Source: a virus. From it: a stretch of 13,050 bases of DNA. Positions 1-7,960 of the stretch are shown piece after piece; position 1 is the stretch's first letter; each line of letters begins with the position of its first letter. Made by a program: the position numbers and the translations under genes. Where the stretch lies: the UHGV virus genome UHGV-1714330; one strand, given 5' to 3'. The notes below the pieces were generated by a model. It did not search any database. It was not told the origin of the DNA and saw only the letters and a list, made by a program, of their open reading frames with translations.

Positions 1-303
1 GGGAGGGCAATATTATCAGATCAGAGCGATGCCATACGCAACATCACTGGTGAGTTCATGGCTGTAAACGCCGAAAATTATTCAATATGGGAATCAGTAG
101 GCTCGTTTAAGGGGGCAGTGGTGCCTTTGAATCCCTCAACGAACAATAGTTATTTCTCCTTAATCAGAAGTATGGTGATAGAAAGAACAGATGGCTCTGT
201 TTACCCAAAAGTGATTGGCCTTGATGCTTCAAGAATTGTTCCAACTGCAAACGAAAACCGTCCTCGTAACATTGCCTTTAATTATATCGTGAGGGCTGCC
301 TGA
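1..303 (+). CDS. Alternative tail fiber C-terminal (receptor-binding) segment, 5' end outside the window
   Basis: Frame 1 is open from base 1 to the TGA at 301-303, so the listed 58..303 ORF is only the end of a longer reading frame. The C-terminus (..NIAFNYIVRAA) resembles the ends of phage side tail fibers. The stop overlaps the start of the next gene (TGATG). Confidence 0.55.
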   Translation, partial: GRAILSDQSDAIRNITGEFMAVNAENYSIWESVGSFKGAVVPLNPSTNNSYFSLIRSMVIERTDGSVYPKVIGLDASRIVPTANENRPRNIAFNYIVRAA

Positions 304-905
304 TGAATAAAGCCGTATTAAATAACGAACTCATTGCCATAAAAGCGGGAGACATTACCATTTATAATTATGATGGTGAAACGCGGGAATATATTTCCAC
401 ATCAACTGAATATCTTGCTGTGGGTGTCGGTATTCCGGCATTTTCCTGTCTGGAGGCACCTGGCATATACAAGGCTGGTTATGCAATTTGTCGCTCTGTG
501 GATTTAAATTCATGGAAATATGTGCCAGACCATCGCGGTGAAATCGTCTATAACACCGAAACGGGAGACGCCAAAGAAATCACAGCTCCGGGTGATTACC
601 CCGAAAATACAACCACTATCGCCCCGTTAACGCCATACGATAAATGGGATGGTGAGAAATGGGTGACCGATACTGAGGCACAGCATTGCGCCGCAGTAGA
701 CGCGGCAGAAGCACAGCGCCAGTCACTGATTGATGCTGCAATGGCTTCCATCAGTCTGATTCAGCTGAAATTACAGGCCGGGCGGAGGCTGACGCAGGCA
801 GAAACCACCCGCCTTAACGCCGTGCTGGATTACATTGACGCGGTGACGGCAACAGATACCAGCACCGCGCCGGATGTCATCTGGCCTGAACTGCCGGAGG
901 TGTAG
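303..905 (+). CDS. Tail fiber assembly (chaperone) protein, alternative copy
   Basis: 200-aa ORF directly after a fiber C-terminal segment. Its C-terminus carries the motif DTSTAPDVIWPELP, also found at the end of the convergent tail fiber assembly gene at 877..1320. Confidence 0.7.
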   Translation: MNKAVLNNELIAIKAGDITIYNYDGETREYISTSTEYLAVGVGIPAFSCLEAPGIYKAGYAICRSVDLNSWKYVPDHRGEIVYNTETGDAKEITAPGDYPENTTTIAPLTPYDKWDGEKWVTDTEAQHCAAVDAAEAQRQSLIDAAMASISLIQLKLQAGRRLTQAETTRLNAVLDYIDAVTATDTSTAPDVIWPELPEV

Positions 906-1320
906 GCCATTCAATATCGGGGGCTGTTGATGTATCAACACGCATCAGCAGCACACGGTATTTCTTCCATTGGGTGAGAGTTGAAGTTTCTTCATCAGTT
1001 GCGATACCAGCATCAACAGCATCCTGACGCCAGGATATTTCACTGTCAGCTTTTGCACGAAATGTGGCTTTCATGTTTTCTGCATCTGATATTTTCTGTT
1101 CTGGTGAAAGCGGCGGCTCATCAACCCATGCAAGGGTCCCTGAAACCATTCCCAGCATTTTTCCTGTTGGCTTATTTCCCCCATTAAATCTGACAGCATC
1201 CTCATCGCTGATTTCAATACCATCCTGCGGCCATGTCCCCTCCTTGATATAACTTTCATATAGCGCTGCGTTGTAGATTGCATTTTCGGACGGGCTGTAA
1301 ACACTTTTAATTTTATTCAT
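877..1320 (-). CDS. Tail fiber assembly protein (positional equivalent of P2 gpG)
   Basis: 147-aa ORF immediately after H, preceded by a GGGAGA ribosome-binding site. C-terminal motif VDTSTAPDIEWP. Its 3' end overlaps the convergent tfa copy by 29 nt (877..905). Confidence 0.8.
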   Translation of the reverse strand: MNKIKSVYSPSENAIYNAALYESYIKEGTWPQDGIEISDEDAVRFNGGNKPTGKMLGMVSGTLAWVDEPPLSPEQKISDAENMKATFRAKADSEISWRQDAVDAGIATDEETSTLTQWKKYRVLLMRVDTSTAPDIEWPTPPAVQAR

Positions 1321-1324
1321 TCTG

Positions 1325-2542
1325 TTATCTCCCTTTCGCTATATAGCAAAGATTAAACCCACCGGCGCCTGACATACGGGCTGTAAAACCCGTTCTTGAA
1401 GTACCAGTTGAGTTAACTCCATAAGCAGGCATGGTTGCTGGAGAAAGCAGAGACTCCTGGATATCTGCCATTGTCAGTGTAATTGATTCGACCCGCGCGG
1501 GGAAAGGTAGCGGGAAAACAACATTCGTCCCTGTCTGTCCAACGGGGAAACCGAAAATACCCCATTGTGTAATTACCCCTTCCGGCCCCTTACTCCATCC
1601 AGATTTAGGAATCGGCCAGTCTGCTGCTCCAGAGTGCCCCGTTGTAAAACTACTCATATCTGGTACTTGCCCGGTATCCGTTCCGACGTTCCTCGTTGCC
1701 GCTTCTCCCAAACCAAGGTATGCGAGAAGGCCGGCAACATCCTTTCCGCTCAAATGAGTCAGCGTCTCATCCAGTGGCTGCTTACCTGACAGCGCATTGT
1801 TAATGGTGGTGCTGAATTTCGGGTCATTGTTAATGGCTGCGGCAATTTCTTTCAGTGTGTCCAGCGTGGCTGGCGCACCGTTAATCAGAGCGGTAATAGC
1901 GGCCTGAACAAACGCAGTGGTCGCAATCCGCGTGGTGTTATTTCCTGCGGCAGGCGTCGGCGCTTTTGGTTCTCCGGTAAATGTCGGATTATGTTTCTGT
2001 GCATACTGGGTATGAGGATCCTGTGCGGCAATGTGGTTTCTCATCTGGTCATCCACATACAGCCTTAATTCCAGGACTTCATCATCCACGTATTTACGGG
2101 TCGCCAGTACCACCGACGGGTCGATTTTCAGCGTGATGGCTTCGGTATTCGAGACAACCAGAATCATGCGGATAGTCTGGGTACGACCGCTTCCTTCCTG
2201 CAACTGCGGTTTGTACGTTTCCGGGCAGTTTGCCACCGCAATGAGTACGCCTTCATCATCATAAAGCCCAATCTCACGGATCCAGAATCCGCCCTCGTTC
2301 TCAGGGATGATTTGCTCCGCAATAATCTGGCTCTGGTTGTTCGGGTCAACACTCAGAAGATTCAGCGGCGCGATGCGTTTCTGGTTAATCAGTTTTGTCT
2401 GTGCCGGGTCTGGTGTCGGCAAGACACCATTCGCATCACCAACGGCCATTTGCGTCAGATTCAGCTTACTGCCGAGCATCGTCGCGTTAGCCAGCCGTGC
2501 TGCGCCCTGATTAGTCAGAATGGCGTAGTATTTCACTGTCAT
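1325..2542 (-). CDS. H: Tail fiber protein (P2 gpH-like N-terminal domain, distinct C-terminal domain)
   Basis: 405-aa ORF. The N-terminal region (..TQMAVGDANGVLP.., GGFWIREIGLYDDEGVLIAVAN, EGSGRTQTIRMILVV) resembles P2 H and Mu S-type fiber N-termini. The ATG at 2540-2542 overlaps the gpI stop. Confidence 0.9.
   Translation of the reverse strand: MTVKYYAILTNQGAARLANATMLGSKLNLTQMAVGDANGVLPTPDPAQTKLINQKRIAPLNLLSVDPNNQSQIIAEQIIPENEGGFWIREIGLYDDEGVLIAVANCPETYKPQLQEGSGRTQTIRMILVVSNTEAITLKIDPSVVLATRKYVDDEVLELRLYVDDQMRNHIAAQDPHTQYAQKHNPTFTGEPKAPTPAAGNNTTRIATTAFVQAAITALINGAPATLDTLKEIAAAINNDPKFSTTINNALSGKQPLDETLTHLSGKDVAGLLAYLGLGEAATRNVGTDTGQVPDMSSFTTGHSGAADWPIPKSGWSKGPEGVITQWGIFGFPVGQTGTNVVFPLPFPARVESITLTMADIQESLLSPATMPAYGVNSTGTSRTGFTARMSGAGGFNLCYIAKGR
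1703..1728. other. Candidate serine DNA invertase crossover site (hix/gix/cix-like) inside H
   Basis: TTCTCCCAAACC-AA-GGTATGCGAGAA. The two 12-bp half-sites agree at 10 of 12 positions as an inverted repeat around a central AA. It matches hixL (TTCTTGAAAACCAAGGTTTTTGATAA, quoted from memory) at 18 of 26 positions, including the AAACCAAGGT core. It encodes LLAYLGLGE, about aa 272-280 of H. Confidence 0.5.
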
Positions 2543-3150
2543 GCGTTTACTCTCAGGTTATCAATTAAATGAATGGCCGAGGCCGGGAAATAATCCCCTC
2601 CGACAATAATGGCCTCCGGGGTGTAGGGATAAACCGTCAGGGCGTCGCCGTGATAGCATCCCGCACCGGCAAAAATGTTGCCGGTTGTACTTAAACTGAT
2701 AGCCAGTCCCGTCAGATGGCGGCTTGCCGGTTTTGCATCAGCAACGAGGCGCTCCAGCTCCTGATACATTTCTTCGGTAATACCCTGCTCAAGCACGCCA
2801 ACAACGATACGGAACGTCCCCGGCTCCTCGTTGAGCTGCCACCACTCCCTCACCTCAATCAGATAGCCGAGCGGCTCCACCACACGGCGAATCGCACCAA
2901 TAGTGCCCTTATGGCAGTGAATGAAATACGCATCGCGGATAACAGCGCGTTTTGTCGCTTCCGGCCACTTATCATCCCAGCGGTCAACCGAAAATGACCA
3001 CGCCAGCCACGGCAGCAGATTTGCCGGACAGGTATCCGGGTTCCACAGCTCACGAATACTGACCGGCGTTTTTTCAATTTCCGCACAGGCTTTTGCGGTG
3101 GCGACTTCAAGCGGTGATGAGCCGGTCGGCAGCAGGCGCGAATCACTCAT
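2539..3150 (-). CDS. I: Baseplate assembly protein gpI
   Basis: 203-aa ORF beginning MSDSRLLPTGSSPLEV.., in the position between J and H. A GGAGG ribosome-binding site lies 5 nt upstream. It overlaps the J stop. Confidence 0.85.
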   Translation of the reverse strand: MSDSRLLPTGSSPLEVATAKACAEIEKTPVSIRELWNPDTCPANLLPWLAWSFSVDRWDDKWPEATKRAVIRDAYFIHCHKGTIGAIRRVVEPLGYLIEVREWWQLNEEPGTFRIVVGVLEQGITEEMYQELERLVADAKPASRHLTGLAISLSTTGNIFAGAGCYHGDALTVYPYTPEAIIVGGDYFPASAIHLIDNLRVNA

Positions 3151-4051
3151 CCGAGCCTCCGGTCACGACGCGGTATTCGGTACAGAAAGACGCCTGCGTA
3201 CTGTTGAGCACAATGTCGGCCAGTGGTGCGGCCAGCTCGACACGCTGCACGCCTTCCACATGCAAAGCGGCATAAATGGCAGACAGACGGATGTCGCGCC
3301 CCAGCCGGTGCTGTGCCGTGATGTACGCTTCCAGTTTTTTCACGGCAGCAGCGCGGATGGGTTCGCTTTCGGGACCAGGGTAAAGGTAAAGCGTGGCGTT
3401 TATCTGGTATTCAACAATGGCGGCAGACTGCACGGTCACGCGGTCGGCCACCGGCCTGACGTCCTCGCCATTAAGGGCGTTACGCACCACGGCCAGCAGG
3501 TCTTCGGATGCGACGCCGTTATTTTCACGTGACAGCACGGAGATAGTGACGCAGGCCGGAGACGGACTGGTGACAGAGATATCCGCGACACGCCCGTCGG
3601 CACTGCGACCATGATACTGATAGGCTCCCACCGACCCGGCGACGCTTAAGCCCTCAAACGCCTGCTGAATACGCAGACGATAATCGGTGTCAGACTCCAT
3701 CACTGCCGGTGTCGGCGGGATGGTCGAATCATCTGCCGGGGTGATAATCAGGCGCGTGGTGTTGTAATTGGCACCAATCACATCAAGGTCATTACCGGCG
3801 GCACAGGCCAGCATCACCGCCCGTGCGGCCTCATTCACACGCTGACGCCAGATAAGCTCACGATAAGCATTTTCCTCCAGCAGTTTGACGAGAGGCTCGG
3901 ATTCCAGCGTCAGGGTACGGGCGACCGCCTCCTGCTGGTCTTCCGGGTAAAGGGAAATCAGTGTCGCCTTGCGTTCGGCGAGAATGGTTTCAAAGTCCAG
4001 CTCCTCGACCACATCCGGTGCGGGTAGCTGGTTCAGGTCGATAATCGGCAT
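3143..4051 (-). CDS. J: Baseplate protein gpJ
   Basis: 302-aa ORF, the same length as P2 gpJ as I recall it, in the position between W and I. Confidence 0.9.
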   Translation of the reverse strand: MPIIDLNQLPAPDVVEELDFETILAERKATLISLYPEDQQEAVARTLTLESEPLVKLLEENAYRELIWRQRVNEAARAVMLACAAGNDLDVIGANYNTTRLIITPADDSTIPPTPAVMESDTDYRLRIQQAFEGLSVAGSVGAYQYHGRSADGRVADISVTSPSPACVTISVLSRENNGVASEDLLAVVRNALNGEDVRPVADRVTVQSAAIVEYQINATLYLYPGPESEPIRAAAVKKLEAYITAQHRLGRDIRLSAIYAALHVEGVQRVELAAPLADIVLNSTQASFCTEYRVVTGGSDE

Positions 4052-4055
4052 GGTT

Positions 4056-4403
4056 TCAACTCACAGGGATGGTTAACGAAAGTGGCTGGCCGGTGTCGTT
4101 GTGCTGGCCGGTTAACGTGACCGTCATTCGCCCGTCAAAACTGCGCGCCGTGGTGACGGATGACAGGGTGACGCGGGGTTCCCATTTCAGCACCGCCATG
4201 TAACAGGCGACCTTAATCTGCAACTCAAGCGCCGGGGTCTGCGGCTGGTCAATCATTGACGCCAGCAACGAGCCGTAATCACGACGCATCACCCGTGAGC
4301 CGACCGGTGTGCGCAGGATATCGCCGATACTCTGGCTGATATGCTCAAGGTCAGTGACAGTCAGGCCATCACTGCGATTCATTCCGAGATAACGCGCTGT
4401 CAT
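4056..4403 (-). CDS. W: Baseplate wedge protein gpW
   Basis: 115-aa ORF, the same length as P2 gpW as I recall it. Its start overlaps the V stop (ATGA). Confidence 0.9.
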   Translation of the reverse strand: MTARYLGMNRSDGLTVTDLEHISQSIGDILRTPVGSRVMRRDYGSLLASMIDQPQTPALELQIKVACYMAVLKWEPRVTLSSVTTARSFDGRMTVTLTGQHNDTGQPLSLTIPVS

Positions 4404-5035
4404 AGAGGCCCCCCTGTTGTGCCGCCACTGTCGCCGGGGTGTTTATGGGTATGCAGTACCTTACCGTTTGATGAGAGTTCACCGCCGGTGTGTTCAATGT
4501 TGCCGCGCATCGTCCCGCCCTTCTGCACTTCCAGCGTGCCGGTAGTCAGTTTGTTAGTGCAGACCACTTCCGGTGTGTCCAGGGTGACACGGGTTGACGC
4601 TTTCACCGTGACCACCGGTACCGTGGCAGTAACAGAATCAGAAGCCGTCACGCTGGCCGTTTTAATTCCGCTTACCGTGAGCGCGCTGGTTTCGGGTTCA
4701 TACTCAATCACCGCCCCGTCAGGGAAACGGATATGCAGGGCATCCGCCGACGCAGACGGCGCGGGGTTATCGCCGGAATAAATCCCCGGCAGAACGAACG
4801 CCGTGTCGAGTTCACCGCCCACGGCCAGAATCAGCACCTGTTCCCCCACGGAAGGTGCCCACCATGTGCGCGAACGTCCGGCGCGATGGGTCAGCCACTG
4901 AAGCCAGTCGGTGCACATGCCGCCGGTCTGCACACGGCAGCGACCGGCGTTAAGGTCGGTTTCGACGACAATGCCGGTGCGTATCATGTTGCGCAGTGCG
5001 CGCGCGAGTTCCTGAATATTTGCGAGAGTGTTCAT
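4400..5035 (-). CDS. V: Baseplate spike protein gpV
   Basis: 211-aa ORF, the same length as P2 gpV as I recall it, first gene after the S-V intergenic spacer. Confidence 0.9.
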   Translation of the reverse strand: MNTLANIQELARALRNMIRTGIVVETDLNAGRCRVQTGGMCTDWLQWLTHRAGRSRTWWAPSVGEQVLILAVGGELDTAFVLPGIYSGDNPAPSASADALHIRFPDGAVIEYEPETSALTVSGIKTASVTASDSVTATVPVVTVKASTRVTLDTPEVVCTNKLTTGTLEVQKGGTMRGNIEHTGGELSSNGKVLHTHKHPGDSGGTTGGPL

Positions 5036-5046
5036 AACGGGAAGGA

Positions 5047-5070
5047 TGCCGCCGGGTCATACCGGCGGCA
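5047..5070. repeat. Perfect 9-bp GC-rich inverted repeat with a 6-nt spacer in the S-V intergenic region
   Basis: TGCCGCCGG-gtcata-CCGGCGGCA, read directly from the sequence. It sits in the 66-bp gap between the S stop (5102) and the V start (5035). Confidence 0.6.
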
Positions 5071-5101
5071 ATGTGACGATGAGGTGTCGGGAATGGCACA
5101 A

Positions 5102-5554
5102 CTAACGGTCGAGGTGCGCCAGAATAATCTCTTCAATCATCTGCACATCCTCACCGGTAAAGCCGAGCAGAGGACGCGCCGGATAATCAATTTTCTTACC
5201 GTCTTTCCGGGTTTCTTCCGACAGACCGAACTGATGCACGCTGGCGATTTTCGGTGACTTTCCGCCGTAAAACTCCATTGATGCCTGTTCCGGGCTGGCG
5301 CGGATATGCAAAAAACGACTGGTGATAAGTTTCGCAAACATTTTTCGCTTAACGCGACCGGTCTTTTTTCTGGCGCTCTGCTGCTGGCGTGGTGCGTAGG
5401 GTGTGCCGTCCGGGGCTTTCTGTGCCATCACCCGGCGCTGCTGACTCTGCCGCAGACGTTTCGCCAGTTCGGCGCTCAGTCGCCGACGCCCTGACGGTGA
5501 CAGCGATTCAATAAGTCCGGCCAGCCGGTCTTCAAAACGCTTAAACTCATTCAT
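5102..5554 (-). CDS. S: Tail completion protein gpS
   Basis: 150-aa ORF, the same length as P2 gpS as I recall it. Its start overlaps the R stop. Confidence 0.9.
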   Translation of the reverse strand: MNEFKRFEDRLAGLIESLSPSGRRRLSAELAKRLRQSQQRRVMAQKAPDGTPYAPRQQQSARKKTGRVKRKMFAKLITSRFLHIRASPEQASMEFYGGKSPKIASVHQFGLSEETRKDGKKIDYPARPLLGFTGEDVQMIEEIILAHLDR

Positions 5555-6014
5555 CCCACTTGCTCACCAGTTCGCCATTGATATAAAGCTCCACCGGGCG
5601 GGTGACCGGCTCCGGCGGCGGAGGTTCCGGGATATTCTTCACATGCAGTGCGCCGTCCACCTCACTGACCAGCGTGCGCTCGGTCAGCATCAGGCTGATG
5701 CTGATATCAAAGCTGCTGTCATTGTTGATGTCTGCATAAAACGTGAAGCCCTTTTTCTGGCCTTCGTCGGTGGTCATGATGTCGGGCTGATTTTCCCGCA
5801 GCCACGCCAGCACCGGCACGATGAGCAGGTCAAAATCACCGGTAAAGTCGGTCACAATGACATTGAGCGTGTAACGCTTTTCAAATGACAGCGACGTCGC
5901 CAGTGTGGAGGCAATACTCCCGTTATCCACGAATATCCGCAGCATCTCGGGGCTGGTTTTCAGCACCGTGACGGCATCAGTCAGCGCCCTGCGCAGGCTG
6001 TCGGGTTTGAGCAT
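5547..6014 (-). CDS. R: Tail completion protein gpR
   Basis: 155-aa ORF, the same length as P2 gpR as I recall it, directly after the lysis cassette. Confidence 0.9.
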   Translation of the reverse strand: MLKPDSLRRALTDAVTVLKTSPEMLRIFVDNGSIASTLATSLSFEKRYTLNVIVTDFTGDFDLLIVPVLAWLRENQPDIMTTDEGQKKGFTFYADINNDSSFDISISLMLTERTLVSEVDGALHVKNIPEPPPPEPVTRPVELYINGELVSKWDE

Positions 6015-6267
6015 CGTTTTCGTCCTGACAGTGTTTAATCATTTTTACCTGGCTGGCACAGCGTGCCAGCGCGTTCTCAAGCTGCCGGATATCAGCACTT
6101 AAATCGCCGTTCGTCTGCGGGTCACTGCCCGGCATCGGGCAAAGGCTCACTTTCGGGCAGGCGTTGGCGACAATCACTGGCGTCGGTGCAGGCCGGGCGC
6201 TGGTGCAACCGGCGCACAGCATCAGGCAGGTCAGCACCGTACCAGCGGCGAAAATCTTCGTTTTCAT
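5977..6267 (-). CDS. lysC: LysC, outer-membrane spanin (Rz1-like lipoprotein)
   Basis: 96 aa from the internal ATG at 6265-6267 (MKTKIFAAGTVLTCLMLCAGC..). It has a signal peptide with a lipobox-like LCAGC. It is embedded out of frame in the 3' part of lysB and overlaps the start of R. Confidence 0.8.
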   Translation of the reverse strand: MKTKIFAAGTVLTCLMLCAGCTSARPAPTPVIVANACPKVSLCPMPGSDPQTNGDLSADIRQLENALARCASQVKMIKHCQDENDAQTRQPAQGAD

Positions 6268-6547
6268 TAAGTAACCTCGTGATGGTTTTCTCGCGCTGTG
6301 CTTCACGCTTCGCGGCGTTCTCCAGCTCCTGACGCAGTGCCACCTGCGCCAGCTCGTTTTTATCTGCCCTGGTGATGGCAACATGAAGCTGATTTTTCAG
6401 CATGGTGATGGTCGTCTGCTGTTCACTGGCGACGTTGTTCGCCCTGTCCAGCGAGGCGCGCAGGCTGGCATTTTTGTGTTTCACCAGAAACAGACCGGCC
6501 ACCGCCAGTGATAACAACACAACCAGCACAATCATCAGCTTTGACAT
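6122..6547 (-). CDS. lysB: LysB, inner-membrane spanin (Rz-like)
   Basis: 141-aa ORF with an N-terminal transmembrane segment (MIVLVVLLSLAVAGLFLV) followed by a charged, probably coiled-coil region. It overlaps the lysA 3' end by 13 nt. Confidence 0.85.
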   Translation of the reverse strand: MSKLMIVLVVLLSLAVAGLFLVKHKNASLRASLDRANNVASEQQTTITMLKNQLHVAITRADKNELAQVALRQELENAAKREAQREKTITRLLNENEDFRRWYGADLPDAVRRLHQRPACTDASDCRQRLPESEPLPDAGQ

Positions 6548-6960
6548 GGTTCCCGCCCCTCAAAACGCTGACGGCAGGCCGTACGTATCAGCCGGAAGAA
6601 CACCGACGCCACGAGATAAATCAGCGCGGTAAAAATCCACCCGGCAGCGACCAGCGAGATAAATGTCGCCACCATCACCACCAGAGCCGCCGACCGTCTG
6701 CGCCACGGCACCGGCTGCAAAAACAGCGACGTGACAATCTTCACGGCCAGCGATTCCGGCGGCAGCTCCCGCCCGTAGCGTTCCAGTACATACTCAGTGG
6801 CATACACACCGACACCACCGGCAACCACACAGATAACCGTCGCCAGAATCGCCCAGGCGGCGACAAAACTGACGGCCACGCTCTGCGGGTAAATCAGGGA
6901 CAGTGCCAGCATCAGCGCCAGCGACACGTTCAGCATCAGTGAAAGGGATAATTTCTTCAT
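6535..6960 (-). CDS. lysA: LysA, membrane protein of the lysis cassette
   Basis: 141-aa ORF with several hydrophobic segments, located between the endolysin and lysB. Confidence 0.85.
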   Translation of the reverse strand: MKKLSLSLMLNVSLALMLALSLIYPQSVAVSFVAAWAILATVICVVAGGVGVYATEYVLERYGRELPPESLAVKIVTSLFLQPVPWRRRSAALVVMVATFISLVAAGWIFTALIYLVASVFFRLIRTACRQRFEGREPCQS

Positions 6961-6974
6961 GGTGTTTACTCCGT

Positions 6975-7472
6975 TTAAGCCGGTACGCCGCCAGCGGTAC
7001 GCCAGACGGTGACCAGTTTTTCCAGTGAATGCTCACGCTGACCGTAACCGGCTCCCGGCAGGGACGCCCAGATATTGCGACAGCGTGAAATGGCGCGCTC
7101 AATGCGTCCCGCCCGGATGTCATCCAGCGCACCGCGTTCGCGGATCAACTGAATGGCGAGTCTGTCCTGTGACAACGGACTGAAATCCGGCAGGGCAAGC
7201 TGTTTGCGGTAATGCGGCCAGAACAGGTAAAGCTGCTGATAGCGACCGGAGGCCGTGGATTTTTCACCGCGACGGTTAAACACCTTCGCCGGTCGGCCAT
7301 GCGCGAACGGGTGGTCACTGTAGTCGGTGAAAATTTCCGGCTTCCCGTCCAGTCCGGTGACTATCACGTCATAGCCACGGTTTTTCGTCAGCGGATGATT
7401 CGCCGTCCCTTCGGACACGGCCAGCATGTCGAGAAAGGCGGCGATATTCTGATGCGTGTTAATTACCGGCAT
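6975..7472 (-). CDS. K: Endolysin (P2 gpK-like lysozyme)
   Basis: 165-aa ORF immediately after the holin. Its start codon overlaps the holin stop. Confidence 0.9.
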   Translation of the reverse strand: MPVINTHQNIAAFLDMLAVSEGTANHPLTKNRGYDVIVTGLDGKPEIFTDYSDHPFAHGRPAKVFNRRGEKSTASGRYQQLYLFWPHYRKQLALPDFSPLSQDRLAIQLIRERGALDDIRAGRIERAISRCRNIWASLPGAGYGQREHSLEKLVTVWRTAGGVPA

Positions 7473-7753
7473 TACGGTTTCCCCCTGCCCTTAAAGCGGC
7501 GCTGAATGGCAATCTCAATCACCTGATAACCGGCGATACCCAGCATGGAGCCGATGCCGCACACCGCAGGCAGTGACAGGTCAGGAAACTGCACCAGAAC
7601 AACACCGGCAACCATCGAGACAAAACCACCGAGCAACATGCGCCCGATAAACAGACGCGGAGTGATGGGTTCACCACCGGCAAGCACCTTGCCGACAACA
7701 ATCAGCACCCCAATCATGAAAAGCGACAGGACGCTTTTTTCTTCTGCTGTCAT
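7472..7753 (-). CDS. Y: Holin (P2 gpY-like)
   Basis: 93-aa ORF with hydrophobic segments and a charged C-terminus (RRFKGRGKP), located upstream of the endolysin. Confidence 0.9.
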   Translation of the reverse strand: MTAEEKSVLSLFMIGVLIVVGKVLAGGEPITPRLFIGRMLLGGFVSMVAGVVLVQFPDLSLPAVCGIGSMLGIAGYQVIEIAIQRRFKGRGKP

Positions 7754-7756
7754 GCG

Positions 7757-7960
7757 TTACTCCCACAGATTGACAGTTTCAGCCACGGGCGCGGTCTGAA
7801 CGTCGGGCAGTTCGACGGCGGTGCCGTGTGGCAGCACCGCACCCAGTTCAGCCAGTCCCGGATTTGCGGCGAGCACGGTCTCAACCACGCCCTCAGTGCG
7901 CCCGTAATACCGGACACAAATGGCGTCGAGCGTGTCGCCCTGTAGCGCAAAGGTCTTCAT
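7757..7960 (-). CDS. X: Tail protein X
   Basis: 67 aa from the ATG at 7958-7960 (MKTFALQGDTLDAICVRYYG..). The first 23 codons of the 90-aa track ORF are rejected because they lie inside gpL. The start overlaps the gpL stop (ATGA). Confidence 0.85.
   Translation of the reverse strand: MKTFALQGDTLDAICVRYYGRTEGVVETVLAANPGLAELGAVLPHGTAVELPDVQTAPVAETVNLWE

Noticed and set aside
2921-3532. 203-aa plus-strand ORF; the same reasoning covers 4733..5257, 8566..9165, 4341..4781 and 7828..8274
   Set aside because: Each is fully antisense to a tightly packed run of structural genes and has no independent start context.
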